This document shows positions 36,022 through 45,321 of a stretch of 52,551 nucleotides of DNA, piece after piece. The notes below the pieces were generated by a model that was not told where the DNA came from, did no database searches, and was given only the letters and a program-made list of their open reading frames with translations. Each line of letters opens with the position of its first letter. The first letter of the stretch is position 1. The translations under genes were made by a program, and so were the position numbers. The stretch is from an uncultured Acidobacteriaceae bacterium (GTDB lineage: Bacteria > Acidobacteriota > Terriglobia > Terriglobales > Acidobacteriaceae), in the NCBI GenBank assembly GCA_964609355.1, contig CAZSUK010000497.1, positions 1 through 52,551 on the forward strand, given 5' to 3'.

Positions 36022-36465
36022 TCAGCTGTTGGTGGGAACGCCAGACTGATTTTGTTGTCTTTTCGCACGGCGATCCTGCTTCATCTGCTCGTACTGCTGC
36101 CGTTGCGTATCCGTCAGGATTGCTTCGATCTTACTATTGCTGTCGCGCGCAATACCGTGAAGCTGTGCCTTTCTATCTGAAGGAGCAAGGTTGGTGTTGC
36201 TGCGCACATCCTGTACCCGCTGATCGCGGTCGGCGAGGATTGGTTCAATCTTTGCTGTTTGATCGGATGACAGACCTAGTTTCCTTGCCATCCTCTTTGC
36301 CTGGCGTTGAGGGTCAGGAGCCTTGTGCGGCTGGGTGGAAGACGCGTCCGAAGTGGGTGTAGAACTTACTCCCGCAGTTGTCTGATCCTGTGCAAGCAGT
36401 GAGTTTGCGGTTAAACCAGCGAGCAGTACAAAGCCGAGAAGAGTTGAAGGGAAACTGATTCGCAT
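36022..36465 (-). CDS. Periplasmic Spy/CpxP-like (LTXXQ-motif) protein
   Basis: Start chosen at MRISFPSTLLGFVLLAGLTANSLLAQ (signal peptide). Helical, Q/R/D-rich body with repeated L(S/T)xxQ motifs (LSSDQTAKI, LTDTQRQQY). The longer ORF to 36645 adds a non-protein-like extension. Confidence 0.6.
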   Translation of the reverse strand: MRISFPSTLLGFVLLAGLTANSLLAQDQTTAGVSSTPTSDASSTQPHKAPDPQRQAKRMARKLGLSSDQTAKIEPILADRDQRVQDVRSNTNLAPSDRKAQLHGIARDSNSKIEAILTDTQRQQYEQMKQDRRAKRQQNQSGVPTNS

Positions 36466-36727
36466 ATAAACCTTTCTGGAGATATCTAATTCCTTCATCC
36501 TGTTTAGAAAAACACCAGAAGAACAGTGATGTTGCGCGAGAGGTATGCGAGTCAAGCGGTAGAGCCGATGCTTGCATCCGCCCCTCCCCTGGCTCCGCTT
36601 TCCGGCATTGTTCACTTCTGGACAAGGATCTCCGAATCCGGACAAAGTGTCTTACCAGACCGGAATCCCTGTGCAGCTATAGTCCTTGGAATGAAGCATT
36701 CTCGGCTGGCAAAGTTCGGAAGTAAAC

Positions 36728-39241
36728 GTGCACTGTAAGGGCCGCAACCAGCCTTGCGCACGGAGGTTTTCCTTGGGCACTCTGTTTCAGGACATTCGGT
36801 TTGCGTTTCGTCAGCTCAGAAAAGCTCCTAACTTCGCCGCCGCCGCGGTGCTGACGCTGGCCCTTGGCATTGGCGCCAACACAGCCATTTTCAGCCTGGT
36901 GAATTCGCTTCTGCTTAAGCCGCTCCCAGTGCTTGATCCGCAGCAGATTGCAACCCTGGCTCCCCGCGAAAACAAAGGACCCTTGCAACTGGGGCTTTCC
37001 TGGAACGAATACAAGGAGGTGCGCGCGCAAAGCACACGTTCCTTCAGCGATCTTCTTGCCTACACCATGAGCATTGACGGTCTGGCAGTAAATGGGCAGA
37101 AGCCGGACCGGATTATGACCACGTACGTCAGTGGCAACTTCTTCGAGGGGTTGGGACTGAAGCCCGCTGCCGGGCGCCTGCTGCTCCGCAGCGAAGGAGA
37201 GGTTCTGGGTCAGGATCCCGTGGTCGTTCTTGGCTACCAGTACTGGCAGGAGAGGTTCAACGGCGATCCTAATGTGGTGGGGCAAATTGTCACGTTGGAT
37301 CGTCACCCGGTGACGATCGTCGGCGTGGCGCCGAAAGACTTCTTCGGCATGAATCCCTTTCTAACCATGGCAGCCTACCTGCCTTTGTCGGAGCTGCCCC
37401 TCGGCGGCACGCCTGCCGATGTGATCAACAACTGGCAAAACAGGATGTTCATCGTCAACGGGCGTCTGCGTCCCGAAGTGAGTCTGAAACAGGCGAACGC
37501 CGCCCTGAACGTAATTGCTCAAGGCCTGAACCGGCTGCACCCGGAGTTTGAAAAGAAGCTCACCATAGAGGCGCACCCGGAACCGCAACTGCGCATCAAT
37601 CCAGGCGACCCTAACACTATGTACATCATCGCGGGCCTCTTTCTATCGCTCGCCGTGATGGTGCTTCTGCTGGCGTGCGTGAATGTCGCGAACCTGGTGC
37701 TGGTGCGGGCCACGGCCCGCGAGCGAGAGATGGCGATCCGGTCTGCGCTGGGAGCCAGGCACACGCGTCTGGTTGCTCAGATGATCACCGAGAGCGCGTT
37801 GCTGGCGCTGATGGGCGGAGTGATGGGCGTGGTTCTGGGCATGTTCGCCAACAATGCCCTGAGCCATCTCGACCTGCACACAGATCTTCCGCTCAGGTTT
37901 AGCTTTGCCTTCGACTGGCGCATCTTCTTCTACTCCTTTGCGATTGCCATGCTGGCAGGAATCGGGGTGGGGCTTGCGCCTGCGCTGAACCTTGCCCGGG
38001 CGAATGTGAACGCAGTGTTGCACGAAGGGAGTCGGGGCGTGACCAGCGGGCGCCACTGGCTTCGCGATGGACTGGTTGCCGTGCAGATTGCCGGTTCCCT
38101 GGTGTTGCTGGTGGTCGCTGCCTTGTTTGTGCGCAGTCTCTCGGCGATGCAGACGATGGACTTCGGTTTCAAGCCAGATCACGTGCTGAACTTCGTCGTT
38201 GACTCTAATGAGATCGGGATGAACGATGCCGAGGCCCGGGAGTTGACCGCTCGCATTGCAGCCCGCCTCCATCAGCTCGACGGAGTGAACTATGTGAGCC
38301 ACGCAAACACGCTTCCATTTAGTTATTTCAACAATGGCGGCGACCGGATGATCATCGATGGAGCCGCAGTTCCCGAGGATCCCAACGATACAAATGCCGG
38401 TATCAATGTTATTTCGCCAGAATACTTCAGCGTGATGGGCATAAATCTCTCCCGCGGACGCGCGTTTACTGAAGCTGACAACGAGCAGGGCAGAGATGTA
38501 GCCATTGTTAGCGAAAGTACGGCCAGGAAGTTCTGGCCCAAGCAGGATGCCATCGGCCGCACGTTCCGTATGGCAAGCGCGAAAGACCGCACAATGGTGA
38601 TAGTAGGGATTGTCTCCGACGTGGAATTCCAGCTCTTCGGTGGCGCCAAGTCGCAGCCCTTTTTTTACGTACCATATGCTCAGCACGTGAAAGGGAACAG
38701 CCTGATGGTATTCCAGTTAAAGGCTGACGGGGATCTCTTATCGCTTATGCCTGCGGTCGAGAAAAGCGTCCACGCACTGGCTCCCCAACTGCCGGTCTTT
38801 CAGATGCAAACAATGCGCCAGGGACTTTACACGATGAATGGACTTCTGCTGTTTCAGCTTGCTGCTTCATTGGCGGCGATTATGGGAGCGCTGGGATTGA
38901 CGCTGGCAGTGATTGGTCTTTACGGAGTGGTCTCTTATGCGGTTGGCCGGCGGGTGCGCGAGATCGGCGTGCGGATGGCGCTTGGGGCCAGCCGTGGCAG
39001 TGTGTTTCGTATGATCTACCGGCAATCGGTCGTCATTATCGCGGCCGGCCTGGGAATTGGCTTGGCTTTGGCCTTATTGGTGGCACGCGCGGTGGGCAGT
39101 CTGGTCGTTGTGAGTGTCTGGGATCCGGGGACATATTTGCTTGTGGCGGTGGTCCTTGCCTTGGCGGCGCTCGCCTCCTCCTTCTTGCCTGCGCGGCGTG
39201 CGACCGCGATCGAACCAATGGTCGCGCTGCGCGAGGACTAA
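36728..39241 (+). CDS. ADOP-family duplicated FtsX/MacB-type ABC permease
   Basis: 837 aa. N-terminus LFQDIRFAFRQLRKAPNFAAAAVLTLALGIGANTAIFS and two MacB_PCD/FtsX halves. C-terminus ends EPMVALRED as in this family. GTG start is uncertain. Confidence 0.85.
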   Translation: MHCKGRNQPCARRFSLGTLFQDIRFAFRQLRKAPNFAAAAVLTLALGIGANTAIFSLVNSLLLKPLPVLDPQQIATLAPRENKGPLQLGLSWNEYKEVRAQSTRSFSDLLAYTMSIDGLAVNGQKPDRIMTTYVSGNFFEGLGLKPAAGRLLLRSEGEVLGQDPVVVLGYQYWQERFNGDPNVVGQIVTLDRHPVTIVGVAPKDFFGMNPFLTMAAYLPLSELPLGGTPADVINNWQNRMFIVNGRLRPEVSLKQANAALNVIAQGLNRLHPEFEKKLTIEAHPEPQLRINPGDPNTMYIIAGLFLSLAVMVLLLACVNVANLVLVRATAREREMAIRSALGARHTRLVAQMITESALLALMGGVMGVVLGMFANNALSHLDLHTDLPLRFSFAFDWRIFFYSFAIAMLAGIGVGLAPALNLARANVNAVLHEGSRGVTSGRHWLRDGLVAVQIAGSLVLLVVAALFVRSLSAMQTMDFGFKPDHVLNFVVDSNEIGMNDAEARELTARIAARLHQLDGVNYVSHANTLPFSYFNNGGDRMIIDGAAVPEDPNDTNAGINVISPEYFSVMGINLSRGRAFTEADNEQGRDVAIVSESTARKFWPKQDAIGRTFRMASAKDRTMVIVGIVSDVEFQLFGGAKSQPFFYVPYAQHVKGNSLMVFQLKADGDLLSLMPAVEKSVHALAPQLPVFQMQTMRQGLYTMNGLLLFQLAASLAAIMGALGLTLAVIGLYGVVSYAVGRRVREIGVRMALGASRGSVFRMIYRQSVVIIAAGLGIGLALALLVARAVGSLVVVSVWDPGTYLLVAVVLALAALASSFLPARRATAIEPMVALRED

Positions 39242-39328
39242 TTCATTTTGTTGGGCAGTTCCCGCTGAATGAGCATGGTTGAAACGTGAACTTGAGAATG
39301 AAAACGAGGAAAAATCCCACGTCTATGG

Positions 39329-42300
39329 TTAATGGAAGTCGTGGGAACGCACTTCGAGGTTGTGGAAGGCCAGCGGTTGGATGCGTTTTGCCTTAACGTG
39401 AATGACGCCGTCCTGATTCTGTAGCGCACCTTCCACCAGAACAAATTTGCTGCGCGTGACTACGACACGCTCCCGTTCATAAAGATCAGGAGTGATGATG
39501 ACGTTGGCAATGCCGGTTTCATCTTCCATGGAGAGAAAGATGAAACCCTTAGCCGTGCCGGGGCGCTGTCTTGCAATGACACAACCGGCTGCGCGCACAT
39601 ATTCGCCATCCTTGTAATTGCGCAGTTCCGAGGAGCTCAGTACCTTCATCGCATGCAGCTCTTTACGCCGATAGTACAGCGGATGATGTCCCACAGTCAG
39701 ACCGGTACCGGAGTAGTCCGCACTCAGCCGCTCCTCCGTAGTCATCTGCCGAAGCGGGGAAGACACCTGATGTCCACGATGCTGCTTTAGCAAAGGCCCC
39801 ACTGGCCTGACCGCTTCTTCTACCTGCCAAACAGCGTCACGCCGATGATCGATACCGTCAAGACTATTCAGAGCGCCGATGCGGGCTAACAGGGTAAGCT
39901 CTTTACGCTGCAGCAGAGGTACCCTGCGGGATAGATCTTCCGCTGAGCGGAAGAGGCCTGACTGACTGCGGGATGCGACCATCGCTTCTCCCACGTCCTG
40001 CCTTAAACCTTTGGCATACATCAGGCCCATGCGCATGGCCCGCTCGCCATTGCTTTCATGCTCGATCGTGCACAGCCACTCGGATACCTGCACATCAATG
40101 GGACGTATGCGCAGGCCATGACGCTGTGCATCTTTTACCAATACAGCAGGCGCATAAAAACCCATCGGCTGATTATTAAGAATGGCGCAGGTAAATGCGG
40201 CCAGATAACGCACCTTGAAGTAAGCGGAAGCATACGCAATCAACGCAAAACTGGCCGCATGCGATTCAGGGAAGCCATAAAGCGCGAAGGAAGTAATATT
40301 CTGGATTATGTTTTCCTGGGTAGTTGCATCGATTCCATTCTTGGTCATGCCGCGGCGCAACTTCACTTCCAGTTGCTCCATGCGCTGCCAGGAACGCCGC
40401 ATGCCGACAGCACGGCGCAATTCTTCTGCTTCTGCGCCGGAAAAATCAGCCACGGTCATGGCCATGCGCAAGAGTTGTTCCTGAAACAGGGGAACCCCCA
40501 ATGTCCGCTTGAGCACTGGCTCGAGCGATGGATGGGGGTAGGTTACCTCCTCCTTTTTCTGCCTCCGGCGCATGTAAGGGTGCATCATCTTGCCCACGAT
40601 AGGCCCGGGCCGGATGATGGCTACCTGCACCACTAGGTCATAGAATTTTTCCGGGTGATTGCGCGGCAACGATGCCATCTGCGCCCGGCTTTCCACCTGA
40701 AACATGCCCACCGTATCGGCACGCTGCAGAGTTTCATACACTACCGGATCCTGAGGCAATTGCGCCAGGTCGGCAGGCTCATCGTAATGCTGCGCAGTCA
40801 GGACAAGAGATTCCTGGATCACTGCCATCATGCCCAGACCGAGCAAATCCACTTTGATGATCCCCAGGTCAGCACAGTCTTCTTTATCCCACTGCACCAC
40901 GGTTCGGCCAGGCATGGAGGATCGTTCCAGCGGCACCACACGCTCCAGCTGGCCCTGGCATATCACCATACCCCCGGAGTGTTGACCGAGATGCCGCGGC
41001 AAATCCTGAATACGCATGCAGAGCTCGAGAAATTTGCGGATATGCGCGTGCTCCACGTCGAAACCTGCATGAAGAAAAGAGTGTTCCAGGGTGTCTTTTT
41101 CCCCCTTCCACTCCCACTGCGACACCAGGCTCGAGAGGCGTCCGAGTGTCTCAGGATCGAAGCCCATCGCCTTTCCCACTTCACGCGCGGCCGACTTGCC
41201 GCGATAGGTGATCACATTCGCAGTAATGGCGGCTCCAAGTTCTCCATACCGCTGATAGATGTACTGAATCGCCTGTTCGCGTTTATCACCGGAGGGAAGA
41301 TCAAGATCGATGTCAGGCCATTCTCCGCGGCTTTCGCTTAGGAAGCGCTCAAAAAGCAATTCCATCCCCACCGGATCGACCGCGGTTATTTCGAGCGCGT
41401 AGCAGACGGCGGAATTGGCTGCACTGCCACGCCCTTGTATCAGGATGTCGTTTTTCTTGCAATATTCCACCAGGTCCCAAACGATCAGAAAATAGCCGGC
41501 AAAGCCTAGTTTCTCAATCAAGGCCAGCTCATGCTCCACTTGCTGTTCAGCTTTTTCGAGCAGCTTGCGATTGTGTTTGGAACCATAGCGCTTCAAGACA
41601 CCTTCTGCCGTACGGCGACGCAGAAAGCTATCCATCGTTTCACCCTGTGCTACCGGATAGCGGGGAAATTCATACCCTAGATCATTCAGCTCAAATTCCA
41701 GCCGCTCAGACAATGCCAGGGTGTTCGCGATGGCCCGGGGAAGATCGCTGAATCTGGCCGTCATCTCCCGTGCATCACGCAAATAGCGTTGTTGATTCAC
41801 GGTGAGCAAACGGCCTGCATGTTCCAGGTCAGTGTGGTGCCGTACCGCGGTAAACACATCGAGGATTTCCCGATCATAGGCAGTTGCATAACGAACGCCA
41901 TTCGTAGCCAGTAGCGGCAGTCCCATTTGCTCTGCAATGCGGATGGCAGACTGGTTTCGCCATTCTTCCTCGCGCTCCCCATGACGCTGAAGTTCGATGT
42001 AAACATTTTGCTGCCCAAAGAGTCGAACCAGCTTTTCCGTAACCTTAACTGCTTCTGATTCCCCTCCACGTATCAGTGCCGACGCCAGAGGGCCTTCCTC
42101 TCCGCCAGTCAAACAAATCAGACCAGGCGAGAACTCTTCCAGATCATCAAGCGTGGCCGCGCCTTCACACTTGGTGGTCTCCCGCATTTTGAATCGGGTA
42201 ATCAGTTGGCAAAGATTTTGATACCCGGCGCGCGAAGCACATAGCAGCGGAATACGAGCAGGTTCCGGCACATGCTGATGTGGCAACCATGCAGGTGGTG

Positions 42301-42535
42301 TAAGCCGTCTTCCCAGACTGGATACTGCGATTTCTGCTCCAATATGGGCGCGCACCCCATGCTTGCCGGCAAGGGTATGAAACCGAGCCGCGCCGTAAAC
42401 ACCATTTCGATCCAACAACGCCATGGCCGGCATAAGGAGTTCGGCTGCGCGCTGGATAAGATCTTCGGGCAGCGACGCTCCCTCAAGAAAGCTGAAAGCG
42501 CTGGCTGCATGCAACTCCACATACTGCTCAGTCAT
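39329..42535 (-). CDS. dnaE2: Error-prone DNA polymerase III alpha-like subunit DnaE2 (ImuC)
   Basis: 1068 aa. PHP N-terminus YVELHAASAFSFLEGAS and a Pol IIIa core. Overlaps imuB by 8 nt, in the classic imuA-imuB-dnaE2 order. Confidence 0.95.
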   Translation of the reverse strand: MTEQYVELHAASAFSFLEGASLPEDLIQRAAELLMPAMALLDRNGVYGAARFHTLAGKHGVRAHIGAEIAVSSLGRRLTPPAWLPHQHVPEPARIPLLCASRAGYQNLCQLITRFKMRETTKCEGAATLDDLEEFSPGLICLTGGEEGPLASALIRGGESEAVKVTEKLVRLFGQQNVYIELQRHGEREEEWRNQSAIRIAEQMGLPLLATNGVRYATAYDREILDVFTAVRHHTDLEHAGRLLTVNQQRYLRDAREMTARFSDLPRAIANTLALSERLEFELNDLGYEFPRYPVAQGETMDSFLRRRTAEGVLKRYGSKHNRKLLEKAEQQVEHELALIEKLGFAGYFLIVWDLVEYCKKNDILIQGRGSAANSAVCYALEITAVDPVGMELLFERFLSESRGEWPDIDLDLPSGDKREQAIQYIYQRYGELGAAITANVITYRGKSAAREVGKAMGFDPETLGRLSSLVSQWEWKGEKDTLEHSFLHAGFDVEHAHIRKFLELCMRIQDLPRHLGQHSGGMVICQGQLERVVPLERSSMPGRTVVQWDKEDCADLGIIKVDLLGLGMMAVIQESLVLTAQHYDEPADLAQLPQDPVVYETLQRADTVGMFQVESRAQMASLPRNHPEKFYDLVVQVAIIRPGPIVGKMMHPYMRRRQKKEEVTYPHPSLEPVLKRTLGVPLFQEQLLRMAMTVADFSGAEAEELRRAVGMRRSWQRMEQLEVKLRRGMTKNGIDATTQENIIQNITSFALYGFPESHAASFALIAYASAYFKVRYLAAFTCAILNNQPMGFYAPAVLVKDAQRHGLRIRPIDVQVSEWLCTIEHESNGERAMRMGLMYAKGLRQDVGEAMVASRSQSGLFRSAEDLSRRVPLLQRKELTLLARIGALNSLDGIDHRRDAVWQVEEAVRPVGPLLKQHRGHQVSSPLRQMTTEERLSADYSGTGLTVGHHPLYYRRKELHAMKVLSSSELRNYKDGEYVRAAGCVIARQRPGTAKGFIFLSMEDETGIANVIITPDLYERERVVVTRSKFVLVEGALQNQDGVIHVKAKRIQPLAFHNLEVRSHDFH

Positions 42536-44042
42536 ACAACGCCTCTACCAGCCAACCTTCCTGCATAAGATCTCGTGTCAGGCAGCAGCAGAGCCTGCAT
42601 TCATTATTTGCATCATCATGGCTCCTCGCCACAACATCCCATTGTTCCAGCGACCATAAGGAAGGTTTCCACCAGTCTCCGGCAGACGACCATGGCCCGT
42701 AAGCACATTCGACGGTGTAGCGCTTTTCTCTGAAGATGAATGAGTGCGGTTGTCGATCGCGTACTGTCACGGTCACATTTTCCGGAGGCCGCAATTGCCG
42801 TACAGCAAGACGCTGACTGGGGGATTTTCTGCTTTCGGCAGAAGCTGGAACAGCAAATGGTTCCACCTGAAAAGCGTCCTGGCGGTGAGTGTCCTTTAGT
42901 ACCGCCTGACCTGCGCAGCCTTCTCCCACGATCGCGTGGATTCGAGCCAGGGTTACATCCAGCCGCATAGGCTCTGGTATCTGGGGAGAAAAAAGTCCGA
43001 GTTGCACTTTGCTGGTGCTGCCCGGTTGTGCGCTCAAGCAGAGAGACAGGATTGCAGCCTGTGGAGGGTGCGCCTGCAGATCCAGATGGATCAGCTTCAA
43101 ACATAGCTTACGGTCGGTATTTGGCAGTGCGGGCCTTACTGTGTGGGAATGTGTTGTTCCCCCCTCAAGATCCAGGTCGAGTGTAATCGAGGCCAGCGCC
43201 AATATGCGCGATTGGGCGCGCACAATGAGCTGATCGAGCATCACTCCCACGATAAAAAGCAGAGAATCGAGTAGCTCCACGGGCGCGTCGAACTCCATTC
43301 TTTCTTCGAGAGCGAGGCCGGGCTCAACCGCAGTAAACAAATGCGGCAATTCTCCGCGCGCCAGCAGGCGCAGTTCCTCGCCTGCGTGCCCAATCCGGGC
43401 AATCAATTCTGTTTCTTCAAGATTTCCCAGTTCTCCCAATGTCGTGATGCCCCACATGGAGAAGGTTTCCGCATGTTCCAGCGAAAGATCGAGAACCGTG
43501 AGTGGTAACGGCGCGAGGGCAGTCCTTTCCATTCCTCGGGGCACTACCCGAATACCTGTACCCGAATGCCCGCGTGCCAGGCACCTGGCAGCACGAACAT
43601 TGCTGCTGATTGCAATCGATGCCCGTACGCCAAGTGCCTTTGTTCTTTTCAGAAGGTTTTCACCCAATGCATCAGGAGAACCGAAAAATTTTTCGGTACC
43701 GGTAATATCGATCACGCAAGTAAAGCAACCGTCACTGCTTTGATCTTCCATCCGGGGAGAGAAAGAGCTGGCGCACTCGAGCAAGGCTGCATGCGCTGCT
43801 GCCTCCTCGCCTCGTGAGCGTTTTAAAACGACGGCGGTGGGAAACATCTCCATTTCCAACTTTGTCATTTCTGGTGCTATTCCCAGCGTCCAGGCCAAAC
43901 GGTTGAGGGAGCACACCTGCTCGAACGGTGGTTCGCCATCCAGCACAGCAATCGGCTTGCGTTGCAGTTCCGCCCTCAAGCGCAGCAGTGCCTGCAGGGG
44001 AAATTCCTTTGCCAGCAGGCAAGCGTAGCGGGGAGCAGTCAT
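42528..44042 (-). CDS. imuB: ImuB, Y-family polymerase-like protein of the mutagenesis cassette
   Basis: N-terminus MTAPRYACLLAKEFPLQALLR, ~500 aa. The ATG at 44042 forms an ATGA overlap with the imuA stop. The longer ORF to 44075 is less likely. Confidence 0.85.
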   Translation of the reverse strand: MTAPRYACLLAKEFPLQALLRLRAELQRKPIAVLDGEPPFEQVCSLNRLAWTLGIAPEMTKLEMEMFPTAVVLKRSRGEEAAAHAALLECASSFSPRMEDQSSDGCFTCVIDITGTEKFFGSPDALGENLLKRTKALGVRASIAISSNVRAARCLARGHSGTGIRVVPRGMERTALAPLPLTVLDLSLEHAETFSMWGITTLGELGNLEETELIARIGHAGEELRLLARGELPHLFTAVEPGLALEERMEFDAPVELLDSLLFIVGVMLDQLIVRAQSRILALASITLDLDLEGGTTHSHTVRPALPNTDRKLCLKLIHLDLQAHPPQAAILSLCLSAQPGSTSKVQLGLFSPQIPEPMRLDVTLARIHAIVGEGCAGQAVLKDTHRQDAFQVEPFAVPASAESRKSPSQRLAVRQLRPPENVTVTVRDRQPHSFIFREKRYTVECAYGPWSSAGDWWKPSLWSLEQWDVVARSHDDANNECRLCCCLTRDLMQEGWLVEALYD

Positions 44043-45076
44043 CGTTGGCCTGCCCAAACACTTTTTACCTGCCATTGTGCTGTTTGCACGCTTTGCGGCT
44101 GCTTACGCAAGGGCAATACATTGCCCTGGGCAAAGCGCTGCCGGGCCAACTCCGCACGATGTTCGAGGCCGGTGAAGATGGTCCCATCTTTGCCCAGCAC
44201 GTTTCCTTTTCCTGGATCAACAGGATCAAGACGAAGCACCAGGCCGGCGCTGTTCCTGGAGCAGGCGTGTTGCGTTATCAACAACACATTCGATTGCAGG
44301 CGTTCGGCTGCTGCACGAAAGCGAAACCATGTTGCTAGGGGCACACGCAGGGCGTACTCCGCGTTCAGGCTGCCGATGTCCAGCACAATGCAACTGAAGC
44401 CACCTGCCTGGAGTAGTAGATCGCATACCCGAAGCCCCTGTTCCAGCCGCGACCAGGATTTGCGTTTAGGAGCCGCTTTTATTTGAGAAGAAGGGAATGG
44501 TGTGAGCTGTGGGCCTTGTTGCTTTGGAATTAGCCGCTTAGGGAGTGGCTGCGTTGTAGGTTGTTCTTCCGCGCAGCAGGGAGCTGCAGTCAGCAAATTG
44601 CTGACAGCATCAGAAAGGCCGTTCGCTTCCATTCGGGGATGGGCTCCACCTGCCGGGGGTAATCCCGGTTTTCGGTTGGGCGGTTTTTCAGCCATGCGCA
44701 ATCCCCGTACAGGCGATGGCGCAATCTCTGTGGATCGGCCGCAGCGTATCCAGAGCAGCCGGGAGAGGTCTACTCCCAGGGACGCCGCTGATTCAGGGTG
44801 CAATGTATCCGAAACGTCTACCCAGGCGCAGACCTTGCCTGCCTGGGTCAGGTTGGCTACAAAGGTGAGTGCGAGTGAGGTTCGTCCGGAACATTCCGGT
44901 CCAACAATCTCGCTGAGGGCCCCAACTGGGAATCCGCCATGCAATAGTTCATCAATCTCCCGAATACCCGTGGGAGCAACCGTGTAGGCTATTTTCGGCG
45001 AGGGAGTGAGCGCCGAAGGGATCCTTTTCGCCAGGTTAGCTTCGATTTGGGCTCGCAGGTGTTGGGCTGTCGGCAT
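44039..45076 (-). CDS. imuA: ImuA-like RecA-fold protein (translesion synthesis cassette)
   Basis: IREIDELLHGGFPVGALSEIVGPECSGRTSLAL (RecA/SulA-like, Walker A Lys replaced by Arg). First gene of the cassette. Carries a low-complexity insert in the middle. Confidence 0.8.
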   Translation of the reverse strand: MPTAQHLRAQIEANLAKRIPSALTPSPKIAYTVAPTGIREIDELLHGGFPVGALSEIVGPECSGRTSLALTFVANLTQAGKVCAWVDVSDTLHPESAASLGVDLSRLLWIRCGRSTEIAPSPVRGLRMAEKPPNRKPGLPPAGGAHPRMEANGLSDAVSNLLTAAPCCAEEQPTTQPLPKRLIPKQQGPQLTPFPSSQIKAAPKRKSWSRLEQGLRVCDLLLQAGGFSCIVLDIGSLNAEYALRVPLATWFRFRAAAERLQSNVLLITQHACSRNSAGLVLRLDPVDPGKGNVLGKDGTIFTGLEHRAELARQRFAQGNVLPLRKQPQSVQTAQWQVKSVWAGQR

Positions 45077-45196
45077 AGCGGATCTTCGCCTTATTTTCGC
45101 CCATGCCTGATGAGATGTACCAGACCCCCTCTGTGGGAAAAGTCTTTAGGGTTATGAAAACAAGGCGCTTATAAACTTAGCGCTGCAGTTCTTTCT

Positions 45197-45228
45197 ATCC
45201 TGTTCCCTGCATGATGTTGAAACAGGAT
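45197..45228. promoter_or_regulatory. Inverted repeat ATCCTGTT-N16-AACAGGAT in the imuA / glycosyltransferase divergent region
   Basis: Perfect 8-bp arms at 45197-45204 and 45221-45228. Function unknown and it matches no LexA box class I know. Confidence 0.25.
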
Positions 45229-45321
45229 GGCTCTTGAGACCGTCTTATGAACAACATGGCACATTCTGGCTTCATCTCAGGCTTAAGAGATAATGAATCG
45301 ATGGCAAAAAATAGAGGCTGA

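Noticed and set aside
45077-45321. Search for a canonical LexA/SOS box upstream of imuA.
   Set aside because: No CTGT-N8-ACAG, GAAC-N4-GTTC, GTTC-N7-GTTC or TGTTC-N4-GAACA was found by eye. GTTC-N10-GTTC (45188-45205) has the wrong spacing, so no LexA site is annotated.
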